The position numbers and the translations under genes are program-made. This document shows, in pieces, positions 1 to 12,700 of a stretch of DNA of 64,000 nt (position 1 is its first letter; every line of letters starts with the position of its first letter). The notes below the pieces were generated by a model that saw only the letters and a list, made by a program, of their open reading frames with translations, was not told the origin of the DNA and did not search any database. Location: NCBI GenBank assembly GCA_964270895.1, contig OZ185448.1; one strand, 5' to 3'. The stretch is from Podarcis filfolensis (lineage: Eukaryota).

Positions 1-2399
1 TGTTCCAGACAATAAACAAACCAGAATCTGGGTAAAAGGCATTGTCAAATCATAAAATGAGTCAACCCACCAAAATTAGCTATTTATTCCTTAAGAGAAC
101 CTCTCAGGGGGAAAACAGAGCACATTGACAAGGTTTTGATAGGTACATCTATTTGTATACAGAAGAGTAATTCACTCAAGGCACAAATGATTAGTTTGTT
201 CTGGAAAATAATGGTTTAGAGCCCCATAAAACAAAACAAGGATCCACTCAACGAGAAGTCCATCATCTCCAGAGCAATGGAGAGGGATGTTGGTGCACAA
301 GATTTGGCTGAGGAGAACCACAGAGCCAATTTCTTTGAATCTCTTGACTGACACCACATGAATATTACAAAGAGAAATTAAAATATTTAAAATGTAACTT
401 GCCCAAAAAAGGAACTGGTGGTTTAATAGGCCCCCCTCACACTGTGAGATAAATTTATTAGTTTTCATTCCAGATACCTCTCAGTGAGGCTTACTAGAAG
501 TGTAACCCTAGGCAGATTTAGGGGGAGAATTGCAACCTCTGGTGGATTGTGAACCCGTCAAGTGGTATTTAGAAATGACTCAGTCAGGATTTCAAAGAAA
601 AGTCCAACTAGTGCTAAATTCAGTTGCGATGGCTGGGCTGATTTATTAACAAACCTGGGAAATTTTTATACTGTCAAAAAAAGAAAAATGCTTGAGAGAA
701 GACTATATGAAAAAGAGAGTGAGGTGCCTTTTTTGTATGGATGTTTGTGTTACCATCCAGAATGGAGAAGAGAGCAACAAGGTTTGTGTCCTGCCTATGG
801 ACTTCCCAGAGCCATCTGGCTGGTCACTATTAAAACCTTCCCGCGTTTTCTTTCCAGGAAAATGGTTGGAATAACTAAGCTACCCGCCCCAAATTGATGT
901 CCTGATCCAAATCTCCCTTCATCCACTGCTACTACATTCTTTTTCACCTGTGTAAGAGCCCATTCACACAACTCCCATGTCATGCCATTTTTAGCTGATG
1001 GGCTAGACCAGCAGGAACGTGGAGCTTTACCTTTTCGATACATACGGAGAAAATGAAGCTGCCAGCCAGGCCTGAGAGTTGCTTTTCCTTATGTTCTCAT
1101 ATCAGGTTGGTGGCATCTCCTCCTTCCACTGTGTGGACACACCCATTCCAGAATGGGGCGGGGGACAGAACATGGCCAAAGGAGGCTACAGGAGGTGGAT
1201 TTGCCTGCTGCCCATGACTCCATGCTTCCAAGCATGGGGTCAGGCCCTGGCGGTAGGAGGGACTCCCATCATGGTGACCAAACACTCAGCCGCATGCTTG
1301 GTGTCTCTTCCCAACACTCCTCATTGTGCCCAACGTTATTGTCCCGCCCCCCCCCCCCGACTCCCTGCCTGGAAGCCACCGACCCTGGGCAGCCCCTTAC
1401 TTACCCAGCTTCACTGCTCTGGTCCTCTTCATCAGTTGGCCATTGTCGCCTGGTGGGTCCTCGCTCAGCCTCCTGCGATGGTTGCCTTCTAGAGGTGCAA
1501 ATGCCTTGATGAGTCATAACTAGATTTGGTTCTGGAACAGGCGTGACGTCAGCTTGCCCTGATATTACTGTACAAGCAGGAGGATGTGGTGAGGACATGA
1601 GGTGAGAGAAGGAGGAGGTGGTAGTGTCCTCAGCCAGCTCCCCTACCCTTCACTCCTCCCCACAACTGAAAGCAGCATCTTGTAGGCAGACAGCGTTTGC
1701 TTTGCAACCTGCAGGTAAAGCAGTAGCCAGCGATGCAGCAGAGGCGGTTAGAGCACTGAAGCCTAGAGCAAAAGCCGCTGGCTGCTTTTAAAAAGCAGAG
1801 GAAACAGGGCTCAACCAGGTGGCAATTTGCAGCCTGCAGCAACCCGTGGCCCTCCGTGGCCAAGAGAGAGTTTGCCATGCACCTCCTCCCCATAAGCCCC
1901 ACTCAGGTGTGCACCACCAAGTGCATTGGGGGAAGTGGGAGCACGCTTGAGGGTCCCTACTCTCTAGGGGCCGTCTGTCACCTGGCCCTGTCATGTCTTT
2001 TGTCTCCTGGCCTTGTGTGGGCTCCCTGTGAGATCTAGAACCTTGAACATTCAAGGAATCCACATGAGCCCTCTAGCCTCTTCTCCAGCACAAGGAGGAC
2101 CACAGAGATGGGATGGAGGGGATGGGAGACATGGGGGTGGTGTGGCTCTTTCCCTAACAGCTATGGGAGGGCCTGGCAGCTGCAGCAGGCTCTCAAGAAT
2201 CTGCCTTGGAGGGCAACAGTCCTTCTATGCTCAGGAACTCCCTGCTAATTGAGATCAGGCTGTTCTGTTTTTGGTGCCTGCTAGAAATTGTTGTGTTTAG
2301 GTAAGCCGAGCATGTCATTTGATTATGTATATTTACTCTTAAACTCTATTGATTTTATATGTATTTTAAAAAATTAAAGATTTTCTTGGATTACACGCC

Positions 2400-4100
2400 T
2401 TGTCTATTTTTTTCAGGTTGTGCAGTATTTATTACAAATCAGTTACATTTGTTGTGAGACATTAGTGTTGAGTACAGTGTAAGGTTGGAGGAGAGGAGGG
2501 GTGGTGTGGTGAGGCTTATATTCCTTTGTATAGTGAATGTGTGGGGTTTTGTGTCAGCATCAACTGGGTATGTTTTCTTTCTGTTCATTTATTACATTTC
2601 CTTTGTTGTGGGAGGTATTGGGGGGCAGGGTGTGGTTGGTTGTCTGTGATTGGCTGCAGCGGGATTTTTTGCATTTCTGAGGGGGCGGGGAGGGCTTGTT
2701 GGGTCAGGTAAGCCAGATTGATTCGTATGCTGTTGGTGGATTCTTGTTGTCTTATTGGGCTGTGTACTATATGTGATAAAGGGGAGCCATTCTGGGGTGA
2801 AGGCATCTTCTTCTATTTGTCCCTGTTACATTTTCAGTTTGTTGGTTAGCCTTTCTATTAAGGTCATTTCCCATAAAATTTGATACCGTTGGTCCATGTT
2901 TACTCCTGACAGGTCTCTCCAGTGTCTGGCTATGAGGCTTTTGGCGGCTGAGAGCAGTTGGGTTATAAGCTCTGTATAATGTGAGTGGTCATTGTGTTCT
3001 AGGACGATGTTCAGTAAGGCCAGTTATAGGGTAAGTTCTAATACCTGTTCAGTTATTTTGGATACCTCTCGCAGGACTGCTGTCCAGAAGGGTTGGTTTT
3101 AGGACATTCCCACATGTGGAGGTATGTGCCTGTGGAGATGCAGCCTCTCCAGCATCTTGGTGAGGTTCCTGGGTGTATCAGCACCAGTTTCTGTGGTATT
3201 AAGTACCACCTGTGGGTGAGTTTCAGAGTGAGTTCCCTTCTTTTGGCTGATATGGACTTAAAGGGAGGTTTAGACCACCTTCTAGTTCATTGGGTGGGGT
3301 TAATTTCATAGCCTATGTTGTGCTCCCATTGTTCTTTGATTGCGTCAAGGGGGTTTGTGGGATTTTGGAACAGTATTTTGTATATTGTGGATACCATCCC
3401 TTTGCCGTGTCCCTCTGCTATTGGGAGGTTTTCAAAGGAGGTCAAAAGAAAGCAAAACAATACATTTGGCACCAGTTGGGCTGCAGGAGTTGCTGGAAGG
3501 AAGTCTACAAGATGCCATCCAACCACCTTAGGGACTCCACTCTGGACAGTAGCGTAGCGTGGGTTGTCAGCACCCGGTGCAAGGCAAGTAATTTGTGCCC
3601 CCTAACCCGTGGATTTGCGCCCCCTAACCCGTGGATTTGTGCCCCCTAACCCTAACCCCCAGATGTTGCGCCCGGTGCGGCCGGCCCCCCCTGCATCCCC
3701 CACGCTACGCCACTGACTCTGGATTTGTGCAGGGTTTACTCCGTAGCCTTTTTCTCTCCTGAATATGTTCTGCAAGGCAGTGAGTACGGGATTTACTACC
3801 AAAGACTTTCTCACAAATAGCTGCAAGGCAGTGCAGGTTTAAGACAAGAGTTTACTTTCTTCTAGCTCGGCTACCTTCCCAGGTTGACGAGCCCCATCTG
3901 CCCTAATTACACTACTGTCAGGTAAATTGCAATTATCGAGTCAAGACTTGCTCAGAATAGGCGCCAATTAATCTAATATACACTGCACTATGCTTCAGTG
4001 TTTCATAACAATATACCTATACTTTTGAGGGTGCAGTAACACACCACTCTTCTTTAAATGTGGTTATTTTATCTTCCGATTATCCTCAGCTGTGTTGAGC
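2400..4100 (-). mobile_element. L1-type LINE 3' fragment, interrupted by a MITE
   Basis: Minus-strand translation includes TIYKILF..KEQWE and the zinc knuckle CWRGCISTGTYLHMWEC of ORF2. Ends approximate. Confidence 0.75.
3547..3715. mobile_element. hAT MITE with CAGTGGCGTAGCGTGGG TIRs
   Basis: 17-bp TIRs (1 mismatch), 8-bp TSD ACTCTGGA, internal 22-bp tandem units. Confidence 0.9.
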
Positions 4101-4371
4101 ATGACAATCAGCATCCCTGATGGAAGCAGAATGTGAAAGGCAGCCAGATTCTATGAAAAGGGAAGATAGATTACAGCTGAACTGAAGTGCCCTAGCATGG
4201 CAGGGATGGTAGTATCCACCCGTTCATAGAAAATACCTTGATCCAGTGACGGCTTCTGTCAATGGAAAGTGGGTGGTGTTTTCTGCTGGCTTTTCCTTCC
4301 CTGTCTAGCAGCCTGCTTCTCCTTTACCAAGCTTTTTCATCACAAGAGTTGTGAAGCATTAAGTATCAGAT

Positions 4372-4500
4372 GAATCAGAGAATGGTAGAGTTGAAAGGAA
4401 CCACAAAGGTCAACTGGTCCAACCCTCTGCAATGCAGGAAACCTTTTGCCCAACGTATGATTAGGAGTCTGATGCTCCACTGACTGAGCTATCCAAGGAA
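4372..4500 (-). mobile_element. tRNA-head / CR1-tail SINE fragment (similar pieces at about 32170-32260 and 43600-43660)
   Basis: GGATAGCTCAG head and TTCC..CAACTCTAC..ATTCT tail on the minus strand. Confidence 0.55.
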
Positions 4501-5998
4501 CTATAAAGCTCTAGGTTAGGGCCAGTTAGGCGGCAATTCTAGCCCCATTTACCTGGGAGTAAGCCCTACTGAATTCAGTAGGAATCACTTCCAAGTAGAC
4601 ATGTTTAGGTTTGTACTGTTATAGTTTACAGAATGAATGGGTATTCTGTGCTTGCCTCCACCAGAAAAAATCCTGGTTTGTTTTTTCTTTTTCTTTTGGA
4701 CTGCAGGTTTCTTACCATACAGCATATAAGTGGGTGGGGCTGGAACAAAGGGCAGAAATAGCAGAAGTGTGGAGCGTGGGCTGCTACAGAAGGCCCAGGG
4801 TTGCTACCAGCTGCCTGCCCGCCCACCAGTTCAACAGTCACCTCCCAACTTTATGCAAAGCAGGCTCTTCCTGGAGTCAAGTTCTCTTCTCCGAATCAGC
4901 TGGGGGATTTCCACATCTGCTGCATGCTGTGATGCACATTTTGCTCAGCAACTCAGTGAAGGGGAGGAGCGGCACTTTGGGAATTGAACACAATTCATGC
5001 CGAGCAGCAGGACACCAAACTAATGCACTGGGCAAGGGCCCTTTCTCATTCTAGGGTTTAGCCAGGGACAAGAGTGGGGTACTGCTGCTGCTGGGCGCAG
5101 CTGGCTGGTGTGGGTTTAAGGTCCTCTGTGGCCTGATGGAGGATGGTGAGCTGGGGGCCAGCAGGCTTAGAGCTCCCTGGAGGACTGCTGCCCCCTTGTG
5201 TCCAAGAGTCACTGCAAGGCCATCTGGGAGCTCTTTGAGGAGCCTTTAAGATAAGGGGGTCAGCTGAGGAAGACAGATCCTGCCTCCACGGAAGTGTAGT
5301 ATGGCAGGGACCTCAAATTCACTCAGATCCCCAGCAATGGAGGTACGGAAATTTTTATACTGCACAGTTCAAGTCATGCATCTTAATTGGCAGGTAACTA
5401 AACTTTTGCTTCAACCTGCAGAGGTTCCAATCCGCACACAGCCTACTGTGGCTATCAAATCCTGGCTGCACCCCGTGGCTCATAGTAAGCCAGCAGCAAG
5501 AGCCTGAGTGATGGCAGGAATCTGCACTCATACATTTAAAAGGTTATGCAGATTTATGCAAATGTGCTTCAACATTCAGGTTCTGTACTTGAATGTTTCT
5601 AACCACTTCCTTTCTTGTGAAGCTTCCATTCGCCTGGATAGCTTCTCATCTTCTCAGAAGCCTTTCATTCTACCGGTACCTGTGAGACGCGGGCACACTA
5701 TGATGCCAGAATGGTCCATCTGGGCTGCCCACAGCCACACAGTCTTCTCTTCGCCAGCTGGGAGCAGCAGCCTCAGCCTCCATGGGGGGTCCATGACAGG
5801 TCCTTCCCCATGCAAGCTGCAATCATCTTTTCCTCCTTTTGGAAATGCCATCCTGCCTATTATCACACCTTGAGTGGAATAAGTGCAATAAAGCTGGATC
5901 ATATGGATAAAAAACTTTAATGCTAGAATAGTGTTGTCTCAGTCACTTGGCGATACTTCCTGGCATCCCCATCACCAAAAGCAGTCCCAGAGCGTCCC

Positions 5999-6004
5999 TT
6001 TATT
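5999..6004 (-). terminator. Candidate IL4R poly(A) signal
   Basis: AATAAA on the minus strand about 740 nt after the stop, followed by a GU-rich tract. Confidence 0.45.
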
Positions 6005-6742
6005 CAGCCTCCTTCCCCTCCTCTTATCTGATCTCTGGCAGAGGGCACAGGAAGTCACACCACCATGCAGAGACCTTGTTGCTTGCTATGGATATATGAA
6101 GCAAGACCTCCTTACTTGTACAGAAGCAGCAACAAAAGAAAGGCAGGCAGACTGTTCTCTGCAAAAACCAAGGCAGTGCCTGAGCAAAAGCTGGCCACTT
6201 GCTGGATTCAGAGCCTGTCAGCAGGCAGAACCGAAACACTTGACAGGCAGTGTGGAATCCATTGCAGGTCACTGTCCAGTAACTTGAGCCCAAGAACAAC
6301 TGGTGCTCCAGCCCCCAGCCCAATCTGGGTCAAGAAAGCACCCATCCCCCTGAAGGTCCCATTCATGTAAGAAGTGCCAAACGCAGCCGCTTGAGTCCAG
6401 CAAATTGTCCTCAGAGTTTCCACACAGATGCAGGTCTACAAGCAGGAAGGTGCCTCTCCTTGCTGGCCTTTGGCTTAGTCCTCTGTTGGTAATAAGGGCC
6501 CTTCCCTACCTGGGCTTAAAGGGGATGGTGAACACCTTTTGTCCCTCCTTTAATTCCCTCTCCCATACATCCTCCTCCTCTGACTGCAGTCCCATAGCTC
6601 CTCCTCCCTGAACCCCCAAACCCTATATGCAGTTGCTGCTGCTTTCCTATTTACAGCATAGCGGATCTCTGGATTTAGGGAGAATTCCACCTGGAGGAGG
6701 TCACTGCCTGGTTCAGGCGGAATTAAGCAGGTACAAGGGGCC

Positions 6743-9700
6743 TCAGGGGTATGAAATGCCTTTGTCCCTGGCCACATCTTCCCTAAAGCATCCATCGGAA
6801 GCCACCTGTTGCATGTCAAGGTCCGCCCCGCAGGGTGCACTTGCCCAGGCCAGGTCTCTTACCTCCTGAGCCCCCCAGCCAGGGTGAAAGAGGACCCTGC
6901 TCACCCCAGTGGCTGCTGCAGGGCTGTCCTGGACAATGCTGAGCAAGGGTTTGTAAGGGGACTGCCCATCTAGGCTGCAACCAGCGCTGCCACTCTTGCC
7001 CTGGGGGGCTGTGCCTTCCTGGAGAGCTGAGCTGAAGGCGCGGTAACCAGCCAGGAGGGAGGCTGCTGGGCAGGGGCCAGACTTCCCTGGGGCATGTTGG
7101 GAGGAGCTGCCTGGCCTCGCCTCTTGCTCTGCAGCTGCCATACAGGAGGAAAAGCAAAGCGAATCTTGGGCTTCTGGGAAGACACCCTGGAAAGTAGGGT
7201 GCAGGCTGCCAGTCACAGGTGCAAGGCAAGGCCCTGAGGCATGGCTGAATGGCTGGATTTGGTCCCTGAAAGGAGAAAACTCCTCCTGCTCCTCCTCACA
7301 GACCTGGCTGAAGCCGGCTATGGGCTCCGCCACCAGGCTGCTGAAACACTTGTAGCCCGAGGGCTGGGGGGCGGCTGTGCTGCCACCCCCCGCTTGCAAA
7401 CAGAGTCTCTCCGTGGTGACGGGTTGTGCCTCTGGGGAGAAGAGGCTGTGGCTGAGGGGCAGTGCCAGGGCAGCACTGCCTGGCTGGGACGAAGCCACTG
7501 TCTCTGTGCTGGTGTTGTGATAGATAGGTTCGGAAGAGGTCTCCAAAACACCACTGTGCTTGTCCAGCGGTACATCTTGAGAAAAGGGAAAAGCACTCTG
7601 CATGTGCCCCGGAGCCTGGTCCTTGAGATGTGGGTGCTCGTCCAGGATACCGGTGCCCCCACTGCTCAGGTCCCCACTGAGAAGGTCCCTGAAGAGCTTG
7701 GCCACGGCGTCTTCATGAGGGACCTGGCAGTCTTCCTCTTTCTGAGTTTCTGGCTTGGCAGATGCAATGCAGCTGTGAATATGCACAGGGTGCTCAAGGC
7801 CCATGTTTCCGAATGGCACCACCGCTGCTGTCACACCAGCGGCCACTTTGCTCTTGGCGGGGTTTGGAATCTGGTCCCACCATCCCTTCTTCACCCTGCA
7901 AAGCAAGAAAGCGCCACCCATTAGTCCTTCCCGGCCCTCAGAAAGGGAGAGACAGGGCTCTGCAAGGGCTGCCTCCCCTCCGAACATCAGGAACCAATCT
8001 TCCCCCTTCCGAGGTGACTAGCAGCCAAATGCATGGTTAAAAACACCACGTGAGAGAGCTGAGGAAGACTGTTTGGCTGGAAGGAGGATGAGGAGAAGAA
8101 GACTCAGAAGGGACAGGGGCCACTTTTCTCTTCCTTTCCTGTCAGGGTTGCAGGAAAATGCCTCTGCCAACAAGGCCTGCAACCTTCAAGCAGAAGTGAC
8201 CATTTTTAAATTTGTTTTGCTGTGGGCAAAGGGCAGCCCTGGAGACAACACCTTGCAAGGCACCCAAGACCTACCTGGTGATGCAGAAGAAGCTGAAGGT
8301 AGCCAGGGCCATGATGAACACACACAGCAAGGGGATGAAAATCCAGAGGATAGACCCAGACCTTGGCTCAATCTCTGGAAGGCAAGAAGCATTTTGGTTA
8401 TCTGGGTGTACAATTCACCCTGATGCCCATGGGAGGCAGGCTGGCTGGCTAGCTGACAGACAGGCACCCACCCACCTGGAAAGGGGGCAAAAGATCAGGC
8501 TCAATGCCCAGAAGCCTCAGTTGACAAAGGAGCCCAACTCACACAGCTGGAAAGAATTTCAGGTGATTTGCAGTATTTCTCCTTAGGGTTTTATTTGCCT
8601 ATTGCCTTGTAGGGATGTGGTGAGGTTTATTTGTCGGTTTTAGCTTTTCTCTTGTTAGGGGAATTGCAGCCTTCCAAGTCCTTCTTTTGGAAAAGGAGTT
8701 TCCCAAATTGGGATGTGGGGATGGGCACCGACAGGCACATTTAACGCCTCATGTGTCTGGTTTCTCCTGTACATGCTAATCTAACCTTTAACCCCCTCCT
8801 GCAGTTTCAAGCTTGTTTCCCTTCAGCCAGACTTACCTTGGGCTGGGGAAAGGGGTCCTTGGGTCACCCAGCACCACCAAGGTAAGGGGCAGACAGGATT
8901 TGAACTGCTTATTATTCATGTAGCACCATCACCGCACACAGAGCAAGAGAAGCAAGAAGGTAGGTCTCTGTCCCAGGTAGTCTATCATCTCACCTTTGAC
9001 CAAGGAAAAGACAATAGGCAAGGAGAAGAAAAGAGAGGAGAGCAGAGGAGGTGGAGGAAGCACAAATACAGCTACAGGCAGTATACCGTGAAGTTATATG
9101 CAGAGAAAAACCAGCAGATAATGAGCTTGATGCAGGAAGAGGGAGCACTGGTGGTAGCGGGGCCTGATGTCCTGTGGCACCACACTGAACCTGCTAACTT
9201 CACCCAGGGGTCTGCAGCAGAGCTGCTTTTAGCAAGCCTACCCAGGGCAAGCAATCAAAGTCACTGTGGAATCTAGAAGGTCTTTCCAGTTATTTGTCTC
9301 TAGCCAGGCAAACTGCAACTGCCCCCTGCCTCTCCGCCTGTGTTGTGCCACTGATCGCTTAGTGCATTTTCATGCAGAACATTGTGCCACCTTCTTCTAC
9401 TAAAACAAGTCTTCCAAATGACTAGTATCATGTGCCTTAGTCTTCAGAAAGAGGTACTGTCTACAGAAGAAAATTGTGATGAAATAAGTGAGAGGCCTGC
9501 AGTTTAATTCGATGTCCAGCTTGACTGGAAATGCAAGACCTCAGCAATGCGGGAGAAATGCTGTTGCTCACTCAAAGGGGCTGGATGGCGCACAAACGTT
9601 CCTGCGGGTGGGGTGGGAGTATTTCACAAATCCAGAAGGTTTACAGAATCCAGAAAAGAGAGAGCCCACAATGTGGAGCCCAGAACACACAGGGATGCCA

Positions 9701-12700
9701 ACTGAGATGCCAACAGATTGTTAATAATAAACAGGTGCCTTGCTCAGCCCCTGCCCTAAGCACTTACCGTTTTTCCATGTGTACTCAGCGCTCCAGTCAC
9801 TCCAGATGCCCCTGAACAATATAATTCTCTGCCGCACTTTTGCAACATAGGTGGTTCCTGGCATGAGGTTATCGTCGAAGATTTTATAATGAAAGCTGTG
9901 CGTAGTGTGTTCGTGTAACTTTGGGAGGGGGAAAACAGAAGCAAACAGGTTTACATTATGTGGTCCTTCCCACGCCACAGGAAAACACTGGGAGGGGGTT
10001 CTTCTGGTGAGTGCAATTCTTCTCTTTCCCAACTTTCTATGGAGGAAGATCATTTTGGGATGTGGTAGAAAAGCTTTTGGACTCTTATGTGACAATGGAC
10101 AAGGGAATAAATTTCAGAGAAATGTTTCAAGACAAGCTGCAATGGAAGCTTTGTAGATGAAGTCAAGGGGCTTGAGACCAAATGACAGAAGGCTCCAGGG
10201 TGGAAGGATCTCCTTCCCTCCCTGCTGAGTCTGGCCATTTCCCACCTGAGGGGCGGCGTGGGGAGGGGAGGGCGTGGGGAGGGGGAGACAGCCACAGCCA
10301 CAGCCAGGGACCCAGGGCGGGCTCATTCCTCCATCTAGGCAAGCAAGCAAGAGATGCAATTCAGCCCAGCCAAAGCACTAGGAGTGTGTGGAACAGGACT
10401 GAGGTGGGGGAAGCCTGGCCTGGACAGAGCCCCAGGGGCCAGGTGAAAGAGGCCTGGAGGGCCGCATCTGCCTCCCTTCCCCTAGGTTCTGTGATCCAAA
10501 GCCTTGGGGGCTGGTGGCCCTGCTCTCAAGCCAGTCATAAAAGCCAGCCCACTGCTCTTGTGTGCCCCCCTGGTGAGGGGCATATAATAATTTGCAAATA
10601 TATCTAAAGGCTTTTGGGCCTGCAGTTCGCTGGATCTACAGAGCTGCCCAAGGAAAGTGTTAAGGAAGGGCAGGAAGATGCCATGTCAACTGGCATGAGG
10701 CAGAGTGGGGGGGGGGGCAGGGCCATTCTGAGGCTTTCAGGGGTCCCAACACCTCAACCTCTGCTCAGGACATAGAAGGTCCCCTCCATGGTGTATGTGA
10801 TTGTTTCAGTATTTTTAATTTTAGACTTAATGGCATTTTTAAACATGGATGAGCCTGCCACCTTGGGTTCCCTTTAGGATGAAGGTTTGGATATCAATGG
10901 AATTAATTAACAACAATAAATTTGCAGCACTATTCCAGGTGATCGTACAGGGAGGAGCATGCTGAGAAGGTGTGCCTACCTTGTCCGTCTGGTTTATAGG
11001 CCAATAGGCAACTTCATATTCTGTTTCCGGATTTTCGTGAAGAATGTTCCCTTCTTCATAGTCATCTGCCCAGGTGAAGATGTACGAGTCATCCTTCCTG
11101 TTAACAGTCAGGTTGACAAGCGGTCGGGGTTTTACTGCATTTGGGAAGAAATCAACAAAGAGAAAGATGTGGGGAGGCAAAAGAGGTTGGGGAGTGCGCC
11201 TGCTCCCCACACAGAGCAGCCAACGTGGGCCTCTGGTTTAGAAGGAGGGGAAGGTCAAAGCAGCAGGTCCTTCTCCCTGGAAGGACAGACACACACGTCC
11301 ACCCCCTTCTCTTAATTCCTTCTCGCTGCTGCTTCACACCATACCGTCTCATGGCAATGTTGTGTCCACATTAACAGGATGTTCTCCGTGTTAGAAACTC
11401 AGATATATAAGCTAGGTACCAAAAGGCTCCTTAAACCAGGGTTACAGTCACGAAAACAGAATGTCTAGTTGGCATTTTGGGGCCAAGCAGCTTGGTCCCC
11501 AAAATTTGTTCTGATCGTGCAGATAAAATATCACAGATACAGTTCTAAAGGGTGTGCTGTTAGTGTGTAAAACAGAGAAGATCCAAGGAAAAATGCACCT
11601 GGTGCCTGGGAAATTTCAAATGCTCAATGTGTTGTTCTTATGTTACTGTGTAGGAAAGCACCCTGTGGCTTTGATGTGGCTATAGAGAAACAGGCGGCCA
11701 GCAGGTGTGGGCAAGTAGCAGGCTGTGTCCATTCCAGGTGACCCCCAACATGCATACAGAGGCAAGCCCCTCAATCCATTGGGGTTTTCCACAGTTGCCA
11801 CATATTGTCCTGCTTCCTTGAATTCTGAGGCCTCTCCTAAGCTCTTCAACCAGTTCCCGGGAGTAGCCTTAGCTCTTCTAGGCAGCCATTTTTTTCTCTC
11901 TCCATCAACCTCTCTAACTTCTTCCAAACTGGAATATCCCCCCTCCAGGCACCTGAAGAATAAACCTGCCACCCTTCAAGGCAGTGGCTTTGCCTAACGG
12001 ACTAAGATGGATGCAGGAAGGTCTCTGAGCATTGATTGGTGCTAATCATGAAGACAAACCCTCCCTTCCCACCCCGCTCGTATGCTGCTCCTCTTGTCTT
12101 GTTCTTCAGAGCAGCCCCCAGGAATGCGCAAGGAGGGTCTGCCAGACCAAAGGATCCCTTACCAATGTCATCAGGGTCCACACTCGTCATCTTCCAGATC
12201 TCCTTCTCGTTGGCCTCCAGTGAGAAATGATACTTGTAGTTATGCAGTACTTCAGACTGAATGGTGCAAGTACACTTGGGGGTCACATCCAGTCCTCTCT
12301 CGTTCTTAGGAGAACATTCCCATGATTTCCTGCAACAATGGCAAGACTTAAAAGATGTTTTCAAAGTAGACAACACTTGGATTATTTCTGCCAGAGCCTC
12401 GATTTGGGAAAGCTCAGCCCAAGTGAGAGAGGGGCTTTGCAATGCCTCCAGCTGCACCAGGCTGTGGATTCCCCTGACCCCACCCCCGGAAAGGTTGCAA
12501 GCGTGCAAGAGGGGACAAATCTATGCACCTTGAAAGCTCTCCAGCAACAAATGATCCAGTGAAAAGTATAATGAGAAACCTTTTGGATCCAGCATTTCTT
12601 ATTCTCAGTTTGGAAAACTCAAAGTGACTTCAACTCAGCTCCCAGAGACATTTTGTAAAGAACCCGCATCCATTTTCGGGAAAAGGTTTGGGCTGGCTAC

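Noticed and set aside
172-1043. Short ORFs at the left edge as IL21R or retroviral exons
   Set aside because: No cytokine-receptor cysteine pattern, WSXWS motif or recognisable retroelement motif, and no consistent splice signals.
3590-3660. CRISPR-like array or interstitial telomere
   Set aside because: The units abut without unique spacers and sit inside a TIR/TSD-bounded MITE in a vertebrate genome.
4565-4582. 18-bp perfect palindrome CCTACTGAATTCAGTAGG
   Set aside because: Part of a common short reptile repeat, with related pieces near 14200, 19620 and 61895.
7241-7924. 227-aa plus-strand ORF
   Set aside because: Antisense shadow of the IL4R terminal exon.
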